Assembly: GCA_964016885.1 (NCBI GenBank)
Contig: OZ024746.1
Location: forward strand, 91,264,082 to 91,328,000
Reading direction: 5' to 3'
DNA: 63,919 bases
Source: Eledone cirrhosa
Lineage: Eukaryota
In this document: one piece after another, positions 48,473 through 60,465 of the stretch
Layout of the letters: each line of letters starts with the position of its first letter
Position numbering within the stretch: position 1 is the stretch's first letter
The notes under the pieces: generated by a model
The model's database searches: none
What the model saw: only the letters and a program-made list of their open reading frames with translations
What the model was told of the DNA's origin: nothing
Made by a program: the position numbers and the translations under genes

Positions 48473-50225
48473 CAGCATCATCACCGTTTAACGTCCACTT
48501 TTCCAAGCTGGCATTGATTAGACAAGTTATCCTGTTGTCAACAATGCCAAGTTAGGTGACCATGTTTTGCTCATACAGAACCGATTTTGGCTTAGTTGCT
48601 ACAGCTGAATGCCCTTCCTAAATCCAACCTCCTTTACATTGAGTGCTGGGTGCTTTTTGTCGGGACACTTATACAAACACGTTACAGAGTGGATTGAGTG
48701 CTTTTTGCAATGACAACTTTTCAGTGTGGGTTGGGGCCTTTTGTCATTTCACCATCACACCCACTTTACAGTGTGGGCTGGGGCCTTTTTGTCATTTCAC
48801 CATCACACCCACTTTACAGTGTGGGCTGGGGGCTTTTTGTTGTTTCACCATCACACCCACTTTACAGTGTGGGCTGGGGGCTTTTTGTTGTTTCACCATC
48901 ACACCTACTTTACAGTGTGGGCTGGGGGCTTTTTGTTGTTTCACCATCACACCCACTTTACAGTGTGGGCTGGGGGCTTTTTGTTGTTTCACCATCACAC
49001 CTACTTTACAGTGTGGGCTGGGGGCTTTTTGCCATGTCACCATCACACCCACTTTACAGTGTGGGCTGGAGGCTTCACTGGATGTATACTTCAGCCTGTC
49101 CTCAAGGGAGGGTGTGGTGGGCTGGGTGTTGTGTATACTATATATATATATGCTTCAGCTTCAGCCTGTGCCTATGGGAAGGCAGGTCTTCTGTATTACT
49201 GCATAATGCCTGAGATCTTGGACCTGTGTCATTGCCTTTGAGAGGTGAAAACTGGGTAAGGTCAGCATTTATCACCTCATCCCAGGTCTTCTTGGGTCTC
49301 CCCATTCCACGGCTTCTATCGACTTTGAGCGCTCTGCACCTTTTTATGCAACTGTCATCCTTCATATGCATCACATGTCCATACCAACACAATCTCCTTT
49401 CCTGCACAGAGCATCTGATTCCTCTTATGCCTAGTCTCTCTCTCAATATGTTTATGCTTTGCCGTTCGCGTATATTACTATTACACATCCATCGGATGCA
49501 AGCTTCATTTCTTTCTAATCTACGCAAGGCTTACACACAACACCCAGGTCTCACTACCATGTAACATTGCTGTTCGTATGCACACATCATACAGTCTACC
49601 TTTCATTTTGAGGGAAAAGCCTTTTGTAGCTAGCAGTGGTAGTAGCTCCCTGAACTTCTTCCATCCCATTCTTACCCTGGTTACTGTATTTTCAGAACAC
49701 CTACCTCCGCTGCTAATTTGGCCGCGTAGGTAGCAAAAGCTTCTACTGTTTCTACAGAGCCCTCACAGCGTTTGGTGGTACTTGTTTCCTGTGGCTGTTT
49801 GCTGCTTGCTGTCCCGGAGCAGCTGCTACATGTAAAGCCTACATTATTAACTAAACTTCCTGAGATCCCACTACGTCTCTTATGTACCCATTTTTGCATT
49901 TGGGACAGAGGATAGAGTTCCTACCTACACCTTTCCTACATACTGGATAAGGCCATTTCCCTAAGGGGATCAGTGTTTGTATTTTCTCTTCTACTTACTA
50001 GGAACTTAGTCTTAGTCAGGTTGACTTTGAGACCCCTTCTTTCTAGTCCCTGCTTCTATGTTTGGAATTTCTTCTCTAGTTCCACCATAGATTCAGCTAT
50101 AAGTGTGAGATCATCCGTGTACAGAAGTTCTCACGGGCAGCCAGTTTTAAATTCCTCTGTTATAGCCTGTAGCATGATAATAAACAGGAAAGGGCTAAGA
50201 ACAGAGTCCCGGTGGACGCCAACCT
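48473..50225 (-). mobile_element. RTE-clade LINE, RT to 3' end, with 48-bp tandem array in the 3'UTR (48722-49070)
   Basis: SVLSPFLF..ELLYTDDLTLIAES (YxDD at about 50110-50121), GLKVNLTKTK, QERRLCWYGHVMHM, GRPKKTW; stops and frameshifts. Confidence 0.92.
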
Positions 50226-50580
50226 TATATATAGATAGAAAAAACGAGGAAGTTTCATTCACATGTATTAGATTTTTATTGTGTATCGACCTGTTACATG
50301 TGTTTCACAGAGGATTGGCTCAGGGTCGCCCATTGGAGTTATGAGCCCAACTCCATTATTGATCAGATTGATCAGTGTTTGTTGTGATTTGGGAAATGAT
50401 GGGTGTATATATGAGCATCGGCCCTATTTCTTGGTGCGTGGGCATATGTGAGTGTTATAGTGGAATTGGTAGGAGATCTTTACACGTGTATATAGACACA
50501 TATATTCATGTACATGTATAGATTTGTGTGTGTCTGCTTGTTTAGGTACCACCACCAGTAATTCACTGAATCACCTCCAC

Positions 50581-50878
50581 CAGTGCTTCTCAAACTATCT
50601 GATGTGGTGAACCGGCATTTCTTTTTCCAATGTGCCACGTACCGCTAATATTTCGTAGTAATATTAATTTATACCGGAAACGATATATATAATGAATATA
50701 ATAATAGTTGACCATTTTCTTTTATCTTCTATTTATTTTGTAAACAAATAATACAATATCAAAACATAAAAAATTCCTCAAATGATTCCTTAGCATGGCC
50801 TGGATACTGGCCGCATACCAGCAGCTGATGGCTCGCGTACTGGCACCGGTCCGCTGACCACCACTTTGAGTAGCACTG
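50581..50878. mobile_element. hAT/Charlie-like MITE
   Basis: TIR CAGTGCTTCTCAAA / TTTGAGTAGCACTG; 8-bp TSD ACCTCCAC / ACCTACAC. Confidence 0.88.
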
Positions 50879-51319
50879 ACCTACACTATATTTATGTGTG
50901 TATTTGACAAAGGGCGGACAAACTCATAAGAGTCAAGAGCCATCCAAAAATGTGTAAATATATATTTACATATGTATATGTATATATGTATATACATGTA
51001 TACATATGTATGTATATGCACAGGGACATCAAAATAATCGAGCTGGATACCCGATGATGTGGTTAAACCACTGGGAGTGAAGGACCCCTAGCCTTTGTCA
51101 GAGCATTCTTCTAGGAGAAGGCAACTCAGGAAACTGGGATAACTCTGACATAAAATCTGTGGCTCAGTAGTTACCGATGATCTTGATCTTTTCTTCTTTT
51201 CGGGTTATAGCTACTGTTGCTCAGAGAGTGGGATTGGCTCAGTGCACAGTCTTTCCTCACTTTAATAAAAAATCTTCATGCACAGGCATTGCACGATGGC
51301 ATTAATTGATAATTATTAA

Positions 51320-51511
51320 TAATTGTTTCTACTTTTGGCACAAGGCCAGCAATTACCCAGTGTATTACTGGTACTTTATTTTATCAACCCCATAAGGATG
51401 AAAGGCAAAGTTAACCTCGGCGGGATTTGAACTCAGAATGGCAAGGGCCGTAACTCTATGCGTCAAAGCATGGCGTCCGACCCTCTACCGATACTGCCAA
51501 TCCACCGCCCT
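51320..51511 (-). mobile_element. SINE family A, full length with TSD
   Basis: 18-bp direct repeat TTGATAATTATTAATAAT at 51306-51323 and 51512-51529. Confidence 0.93.
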
Positions 51512-52406
51512 TTGATAATTATTAATAATGTTATATCGTGCAATGGCCATACTCGATAACGAGGGACCAGCCATCATGTATATTTATGTATATATATATA
51601 TTTGAGTATATATATATATGAGCGTGTGTGTATATATATATATTCATGTGTATATATATACATACACTCACACACACCAACACACACACACACACACACC
51701 AACGCACAGCACTCCTACACAAAATAAAAGCAAATATTAGCTGCTTCTATATTTCTGCTCAATTTCACCAAGAGCTAAAATGAAGGAGCAATAATTACCA
51801 TGATTTGAAATAGTTTCAATGTTTTGTATTTGCTCAATTAAATTTGAATTTAGTGTAGCTACTTCAAAGGATTTCTGCGCTCCTTTTTTATATTCAACTA
51901 AAGACATTTTTCAAAAATTCACATTCAATTTTGAAAAATGTAAGTTATATTATTTTTTATCTTGCAGTTATATTATTTTATTCAAACTGATATCAAAGAA
52001 AGAAAATACTAACTTTTTAGAATCTTTAAAACAGTTAAATAGAAGAAAATATTATTTATTCTAACAGAGTTTGTAGAAAAAAGTCAGTTTAAAACGGTTT
52101 CTATGCGGAATTGCTTCAATTCATACTGCATTGCTTTTATATGCATTAAATCAGCTGATTTAATTTTTTTATGTCATCTTATTATTAATATTATTTTGTT
52201 ACTGTTAATTCTAATGTCTTTGATAACTGAATTACTTATTGTGCATTCTTAATTGGTAACTGGATGCTAACAAGCTGCTCAAGGAAATATGAAAAGTTTT
52301 GGTGAATTGTATTTTTATCTTTTGAAATGAAATATTTTGATATGAGTTTACCCAGTGCATATGTAAAGTAGTTTGGTGATATACTTCTGTGTATGCACAC
52401 TTATAA

Positions 52407-52685
52407 GGGGAATTGGTAGTGTCGTAAGAATGTTGGATACAATGCTTTATGCTATTCTTTCCGACTCTCTGAGTTCAAATCCTGCCACGGTCAACTTTGC
52501 CTTTCATCCTTTAGTACTGGGGTTGATTCTTCCTCTATCTCTCTCTCTCTTTTTCTATCTTTCTCTGGAAGAAATCTGCTATACTCAGGCCTGGACAGGG
52601 ATGAGCTCTGTCAGGCTTGAAATGCCCAAGAAACGCTGTATATCAATTCAGTGCCCCTACAACTCAATCAGGGGTTACGGGACCA
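52407..52685 (+). mobile_element. SINE family B
   Basis: A and B boxes, CTTTGCCTTTCATCC, B-type tail. Confidence 0.75.
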
Positions 52686-52838
52686 TACCATACTCATACA
52701 CACTTATATACACATTTTTTAAAAGCTCTACAACAGCCACCATAATGAGAGACTAATAGAACTGTTAGATCTTGTCAAGGGTTGATATTAGATAAACTAT
52801 ATAAATATACCAGGGTATTCTCATATTATAAATATTAA

Positions 52839-53730
52839 GTTTACAAGTAAACAGCCTCATAACAGCACGTGGTAGATGACAAGATCATCCTTTTGTTCCA
52901 GCAGTAGCTGATGACACCATCTACCATGTGGTAGCTAATGGTGTTGTCATCTACCACGTGGTAGATAATGGTGTCTTCATCTACCACGTGGTAGATAATG
53001 GTGTTGTCATCTACCACGTGGTAGCTAATGGTGTTGTCATCTACCACCACGTGGTAGCTAATGGTGTTGTCATCTACCACGTGGTAGATAATGGTGTTGT
53101 CATCTACCACGTGGTAGATAATGGTGTTGTCATCTACCACGTGGTAGCTAATGGTGTTGTCATCTACCACCACGTGGTAGATAATGGTGTTGTCATCTAC
53201 CACCATGTGGTAGATAATGGTGTTGTCATCTACCACGTGGTAGATAATGGTGTTGTCATCTACCACGTGGTAGATAATGGTGTCTTCATCTACCACGTGG
53301 TAGATAATGGTGTTGTCATCTACCATGTGGTAGATAATGGTGTCTTCATCTACCACCACGTGGTAGATAATGGTGTTGTCATCTACCACCGTGGTAGATA
53401 ATGGTGTTGTCATCTACCACGTGGTAGATAATGGTGTCTTCATCTACCACCACGTGGTAGATAATGGTGTTGTCATCTACCACGTGGTAGATAATGGTGT
53501 TGTCATCTACCACGTGGTAGATAATGGTGTTGTCATCTACCACGTGGTAGATAATGGTGTTGTCATCTACCACGTGGTAGATAATGGTGTTGTCATCTAC
53601 CACGTGGTAGATAATGGTGTCTTCATCTACCACGTGGTAGATAATGGTGTTGTCATCTACCACGTGGTAGATAATGGTGTTGTCATCTACCACGTGCTGT
53701 TTTATGAGGCTGTTTACTTGTAAACAAACC
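52839..53730. mobile_element. fold-back MITE with ~45-bp TIRs and 9-bp TSD (Mutator-like?)
   Basis: GTTTACAAGTAAACAGCCTCATAACAGCACGTGGTAGATGACAA mirrored at about 53680-53725; AAATATTAA at 52830-52838 and 53731-53739. Confidence 0.75.
52918..53696. repeat. 30-bp minisatellite (CATCTACCACGTGGTAGATAATGGTGTTGT) x~25
   Basis: Most units contain the perfect 18-bp palindrome ATCTACCACGTGGTAGAT. Confidence 0.97.
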
Positions 53731-53768
53731 AAATATTAATAATGTTATGATAGTATTATAATATCATA

Positions 53769-54370
53769 AGGGCGGTGGATTGGCAGTATCGGTAGAGCAT
53801 CAGACATCATACTTTGCAGCATAGTTATGGCCCTTTACGTTCTGAGTTCAAATCCTGCCAAGGTTAACTTTGCCTTTCATTCTTATGGGGTTGGTAAAAT
53901 AAAGTACCAGTAATACACTGTGGTAATTCCTGCCTTGTGTCAAAAGTAGAAGCAATTATTATTATATAAGGGCGGTGGATTGGCAGTATCAGTAGAGGGT
54001 CAGACGCCATGCTTTTGAAGCATAGAGTTACCTCCCTTTATGATCTGAGTTCAAATCCCGCCGAGGTTAACTTTGCCTTTCATCCTTACGGGGGTCGATA
54101 AAATGAAGTACCAGTAATGCACTGGGTAATTGCTGGCCTTGTGCCAAAAGTAGAAACAATTATTATTATTATTATGTCAGAATCTGTAGTGTTGGACGTT
54201 TTGTGGCATATACTTACTTCCCTTTACGTTCAAATTCTGCCGAGGTTATTTTTGTCTTTATCCTTACGGGGGTTGATAAAATAAAGTACCAGTAATACAC
54301 TGGAGGATCGATTTAATTGATCCCCTCTCTAAAATTGTTGGCCTTGTGTCTCAATCAGAAACCATTCTTG
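53769..54370 (+). mobile_element. three tandem SINE family A copies
   Basis: About 53769-53960, 53969-54172 and 54175-54370 (degenerate long variant). Confidence 0.85.
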
Positions 54371-55117
54371 CTACTTTAATAAGAATTTACTGATGTTCTT
54401 CACTTGTAATTTTGTCTCTTCTTTGTGTCGTATCACTTGTGTAAATCTCATCCCCTTGCAATGTGTCATATCACTTGTGTAAATCTCATCCCCTTGCAAA
54501 TCAAACTCTGATTCTACGACCATATCTGAAGGATTTGCTTGCGAAGACTCTGAAGGTTGAAAGATTAAAGGAAAAAAAAGAATTTAAATGTTTGAGATAA
54601 GTTATTTTTAATACTATTATAATCATCCAGGCTATTAACCTCATTTGTGCAGATAAAAGATATTGGGATATATTTGTGTCAAATGTAAATATTAAAAAAT
54701 GTTTCATCACTAAAGATAAAGTTAATAACCTGGATAATTATAATGGTGTATAAACAGCTGAAGTGATACTTCTATCTACATTATTAAATATAAGTTTGAA
54801 AGCAGAGACAACAGAAAGTAGTTCCAGCTAGATCCTCTCATCTCCATACAGTTTAAATAACAGCAAGTTTCCAATTTATGAATGGTAGAAGGGCACCCAG
54901 GAGTCATGACCTGGATGCAGCCTGACCCCTTAGAGTGTAAGAAGTTAAGGACCAAAATACTCGCTCGAAGGAGGTTTCTTCTCTGAAGACCTGCTGTCCA
55001 GCTCTCCGGAGAATTCCTTACCTCTTACATGCTTCCTCAAATTTGACTTACCCATGAAGATATGTTAACCCTTTCAATACCATATTTCTAATGAAACACT
55101 ATATTTGAATTAGTAAA

Positions 55118-55328
55118 CCCTTTAGCATTTAAACTGGTCGTATCCAGCCAGAGTTCTCTCACCTCTTTCTGTTCAAACTGGCCATAACTGGCCACTTATA
55201 ACTGACATTAAGGTATTGTTCTCAAAATAAATAATATCAAAATCTCGTAGATTCAATATTATGTGAGATAATTATGTGAGGTAGAGTGTTTACTGTGAAA
55301 ATACAACAGTAATGTAAATACTAAAGGA
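55118..55328 (-). mobile_element. MITE family C nested in a family D copy beginning at about 55068
   Basis: TTAACCCTTTCAATACCATATTTCTA (family D end) about 50 bp upstream; D-like sequence resumes after 55330. Confidence 0.75.
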
Positions 55329-56331
55329 TTAATAAAGAATTTGGAAGGATTTACTAAGATTAAGTATTTCATTACTGAGATAGTTCCTATGGATGTGGAC
55401 TGGCAATATTAGTAGAGTGTTAGACTACTTTGTGGCATATAGTTACATCTTTTTGTTCTGAGTTCAAATTCTACTGAAGTTAGCTTTGCCTTTCATCCCA
55501 ACGGGGTCAATGTAGTAGTAGGAGGAGAAAGGAACCAGATGTATCACAGATGATATAGCGAAATCTCTTGTATCCAAATGAGACAATAATTTGTGTCTTG
55601 AAGAGAAATCATAGCACAAGAAATTGTTGGCAGAAATGACTAACAAAAATCCGCATCTGACTGACATAATAGAACTAGGGAAAATTTTGGGAGATTTTTG
55701 TCTCGTTTTATAATTTTTTATCATGGGACCAGAAAGTTAAGGAAGTTTGACTTAAAATATTGATATGTAATTTGACAGGTTAAGATAATACAACAAATGG
55801 TGTCAGTCGAGAGTAAAAATATATCACTTTTATAGAGGTAGTGTTAAATAGAAAAGACAAATTCATTTTGTTAGTGTGTCCGAAGTTAGGCTGAGTCTAT
55901 TTTACACTGCAAACAAATTAGAAACATTTCCAATCAATAAATATGATATTAGCTGAGTTAGGTATTGTTGTTGTTTTAGTTGTTTTTTTATTTTACTTTT
56001 TTTTAGTTCCATTGATAATAATATTTATTTTTCTTTTGGGAATTTGATAATGAAACAATTAAGTTTGTTGCTATTTTTATTTATTTCATTTAAAAGTATC
56101 TCTCTAAGTGGTTAAGGTGTTCAACCCACAATCATAAGGTCATACCATCAATTCTTCAAGGGGAGACAGAGATGTGGTGTAGAAGATTCAAGTTGACTGA
56201 TGCTCTAATCTTGTTAATCTGTTGTATTCTACTTTTTCTTTCTGGAAATCCTCTTTCTATAAAATGCTTTTTATCCTATATAGTGGACCCCTGTAATCAA
56301 TAATAGAACTACTATTATTATCATTATTAAA

Positions 56332-56552
56332 AGGGTGGTGGATTGGCAGAATCGGTAGAGCATCGAACAACATGCTTAGCAGCATAGAGTTACGGCCCTT
56401 AATGTTCTGAGTTTAAATCCTGCCCAGGTTAGCTTTGCCTTTCATCCTTACGGGGTCGATAAAATAAAATACCAGTAATGCACTGGGGTCGATTTAATTG
56501 ACTTGCCCCTCCCCCAAATTGCTGGCCTTGTGCCTATAGTAGAAATTATTAT
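56332..56552 (+). mobile_element. SINE family A, long variant
   Basis: Extra GTCGATTTAATTGACTTGCCCCTCCCCCA segment before the tail. Confidence 0.88.
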
Positions 56553-56826
56553 TGCTCTATTACGTGTTCCAGCTGACAGACTGAGGCCATGCTGGGGCAC
56601 TGTCATATGTTATTGTTAAATCCATCTTTTTATTCAATGAAAATGCCTCTCTCCCTGGTTTCTAGTAGTTCTGTCATGTATTTCAATATTCTTCTACCCT
56701 CATCATCATCTCTTTTGGCCAATTGTTGTTGTTGTTGTTTTTATAAATTGCTTTATATACTTGAATATTTATGACCAAAAGATGGATGGTAAAGTTTAAT
56801 GGGGGTGGGGTGTTATATACGTCTAA

Positions 56827-57021
56827 CCCTTTAGCATTCACATTACTCTATATATACTATTATATTTTCATGATAAAGGCTTTACCTCACATAATTATCT
56901 CACATAATATCGAATCTATGAGATTTTGAAAGTATTTATTTTAAGTGACCAGTTACAGCCAGTTTCAACAGAAAGAGGTAGATAATTCTGGCCGGTTTTG
57001 GCCGGTTTGAACATTAAAGGG
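56827..57021 (+). mobile_element. MITE family C
   Basis: CTAA|CCCTTTAG ... TAAAGGG|TTAA. Confidence 0.87.
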
Positions 57022-57271
57022 TTAAACTGCATTAATTAGCTGCCTTGGCTTATAAATAGGGTTGGAGTTTTTGTTCATTTCTCAGATAAGGGTCAGCTTA
57101 TATTTCATGGGAGTCTAATTGTTACTGACTGCTTTGACTGCACTACCGAGCATAGCTCTGTGTCTTGGCTACATGCAGCATTTGGGTTTTGGTATATATT
57201 TTGTCATTGAAATTGCTCAGCATAATGTGTGCAGTGTCATGTTATGGTATTTTCTATATGTTGTGTATATG

Positions 57272-57511
57272 ATCATTACCTTCACCATCATCATTACCAC
57301 CACCACCACCATCATCATCATTACCTTTACCATCATCACCACCACCACCACCATCATTACTACCACCACCACCACCATCATCATTACCACCACCATCACC
57401 ACACCACCAACACCACCACCACCACCAACACCACCACCATCATCATCACCATCATCACCATTACCACCACCACCACCACCATCATCATTACCACCACCAC
57501 CACCACCACCA
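57272..57511. repeat. (CAC/CAT)n microsatellite
   Basis: Seen directly. Confidence 0.95.
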
Positions 57512-58330
57512 TTCCTTTCCTCTAGCTTATTATATTCCCTTACATTTGTTTTTAGTTTACCATTTTCATGTAAATTATTTTATGTTTAATCTGAAATTTC
57601 ATAATTCCTTGTGGCGCCGGTGTTTATATCAGATGATATCTCACACATTTGATAAACCTTTTCCTCACCAGCTCAGCTCCATCACAGCTACCACCCTAGC
57701 TAAAGCTCCACTCCATCACAGCTACCACTTACCTAAAGCTCAGCTCCATCACAGCTCAGCTTCATCACAGCTACCACCACACCTAACCTGATATCTTAAG
57801 TAGCTCTGTAAGCAGTGGAAAGGAAGTTGTACACTAGATAAGGTTTTAAATGTAATTAAAATGCAGCAGCTGTGTTCTAAGTGACAGGAAAGCATGCTAC
57901 TGACATTGGCTGATCTCAACATTATCGTTAAAATACTGTAAACATTGCTGACTACCATTGATTGTCATGTTGGCTAGTTTTATTGATTTACTTTTTCATC
58001 CTCTTAAAATAGTAATAATAAAAAATAAATTGAAAGAAATAGAGTCAAGCTCATATTTTATTCTAATTCTTTTCTGCAGATGCTGTTTTGATTAAAAAGA
58101 TAAAAAAGATTTTAAGAAAAATTGAAAAGGAAAGAAATTGTTATAGTCAATAAGTTATTTATTTATTGGGAGTTAAGCAAACATTTACATAAGAATCCTC
58201 ATATTAAAAACAAACTGGCTTTAATCTTTCAATCACAATCTACTCTGTTTATTTGAGACATTTTAAAAATATGATAGCTTGAAGCTATATCTTAGTAGTT
58301 TCTTACCTTATTATATTCACCATTCTTTAA

Positions 58331-58576
58331 CCCTTTCATTACCATAATTCTACCGAAAGACAGTGTTTATGATTTTCAAATAATTTTGAAAATATTCACA
58401 AATTTGGAGGGATTTTGTAAAATAAATATCTTTTTTATTATTGAGCTGGCATTTGGAACATAAATTAAAGATTTATAAAACATTAAGGTGGAATACTTTG
58501 AGATAAATATAAAGACTTGACAAGGAATATTTAGTATTGTAGAGCCAGGGGCAGTTTGAGATGGTTACCAAAAGGG
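58331..58576 (-). mobile_element. piggyBac-like MITE family D
   Basis: TTAA|CCCTTTCATTACC ... GGTTACCAAAAGGG|TTAA. Confidence 0.85.
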
Positions 58577-58616
58577 TTAAATATCTCAAGCTGATATGGT
58601 TTAGTCTCCTTACATT

Positions 58617-59082
58617 TTCACTGTATATTCACTGTGTGAGATGCGCGATGCTGCATTGTAGTGAGACATGGGCAGCAACTGCAGAAGATATGTGACGGCT
58701 GGAGAGAAATGAAGCAAGTATTCTCCGTTGGATGTGCAATGTCAATGTGCGTGAATGACCAAGCATAGATGAGTTGAGAGAAAAACTGGGTGTAAGAGGG
58801 ATAAGTTGTAGTGTGCAGGAGAGAAGACTGAGATGGTATGGACATGTGATGCGCATGGAGGATGACCGATGGGTGAAGAAGTGCCAGGAAGTTCCAGTAG
58901 AGGGAAGATGCAGTAGAGGAAGACCACGAAAAACATGGGTGGAGGTGGTGAGAACAGACCTCAGATCGCTGAAACTCACGGAGGAGATGACGAAGGACCG
59001 TGGCGGGTGGAGAGATGCTGTGCTGAATAGGACCCGTCCAACCCTTGCAAGCAGGGAAAAGCGGACGTAAATTGATGATGAT
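58617..59082 (+). mobile_element. RTE-clade LINE 3' fragment, almost UTR-less family
   Basis: LREKLGVRGISCSVQERRLRWYGHVMRMEDDRWVKK..GRPRKTW..DRGGWR; ORF runs into the CCCTTGCAAGCAGGG hairpin and (GAT)n. Confidence 0.9.
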
Positions 59083-60139
59083 GTTTGAAACTTTGGCAGT
59101 GCTGGCTAGGACAACACCTTCAAGGGGTTTTCATAATGACATCATTGTAAGATACTGTTAACTGGATATTGGTATAGGAATGTGGTGGGGTTTTAAATAG
59201 TTACCAAATTTCCCTTACAAGGTATTGGTCAGTATCAAGCTAGAGTAGAAGATATTCTACGTAGAGCAAACCTGAAACCTTGTCCTTGACTTGTTATTTG
59301 AGTGAGGAAAGGTGAAAAGTAGAGTTGACTTGGGAAGGATTTGAACACAGGATGGAAACAGCCATAATAAAATATAACAAAGCTTTTGTCTAATGCTTTA
59401 AGAATTCTACCATTCTATGTGCCTGGATGGTATGATCCCGTAACTCCTGATGGAGTGGTAGGGGCACCAAAGTCGTATACACTGTTTCTTGGGTATTTTA
59501 ATCTTCAGCACAACATTTTTTTAATGAATTACTTCCCTTGACACTGCATTATATATCATGGGGAAATTACTCTATTGGCAACATAAGGCGCCTAGAGCGC
59601 ATTAAAGTTTAAGCTTAGCAGAACCCATCTCCTCTCCATGTTTGAATACAGCTGATTTCCTCGAGAGAAGGATAAAGTGTGAGAATGGAAGTGAGATATA
59701 TAGAAGAAGAATGAACACCAGTACTAGACTGGTGTTTTTTTTTATTGACTTCATCGGGATTTGAACTTAGAGAGCAGAAATAAATACTGCAAAGCATTCT
59801 ATCTGACGTTCTAACGACTCTGCTGATTCATCGAAATGAACAGCTAATCTCTAAGCTGCTTGCTAGGACTTTACCATCTCATCTTTATCATGATGATGAT
59901 TCTGACTAGGAACTGTATCTCTGTATTAAGAATCGTGTTCATAAATCAAGTGTGAATTAGTTTTTATCACCTCCATTACAGTAGTGTTAATTCTAACACA
60001 GTATACAATGTCAAATGTGTTTTTCTTTATTAAAAGTCAACTAACTCTACATGAAAACTAATTAAATTTTCTAATGTGCATCGAAGGCTTTGCCTTATAT
60101 TTAGTTATTACATCATTCACTTGAATATTCTTTCTTTTG

Positions 60140-60465
60140 TCCTGTAACTCCTGGGGGAGTCTTAGGGGCGCCATATTGACATACCGTGTTTCTTGCATAT
60201 TTTTTAAACCTGGCAGAGCCCATCTCCTTTCCTGGTCTGAATACACCAGATTTCTTCCAGAGAAGTAAAGAGAGTAAGAGAATGGAAGTGAGAGAGATAT
60301 ATAGAGGAAGAATTGACCCCAGTACTTGACTGGTACTTTTTTATCAACCTCAAATGGATGAAAGGTAAATTTGACATTGGCAGGATAAGAACCCAGAGAG
60401 CAGAGAGCTGGAATAAATACCACAAAGCATTCTATCTGACATTCTAACGACTCTTTCAATTGGCC
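60140..60465 (-). mobile_element. SINE family B (another, interrupted copy at about 59410-59830)
   Basis: Reverse complement of 52407-52685. Confidence 0.75.

Noticed and set aside
52841-53732. Repeat-protein ORFs (VVDDNTIIYH)n and (VVDNGVVIYH)n
   Set aside because: By-product of a palindromic 30-bp unit, open on both strands, inside a MITE
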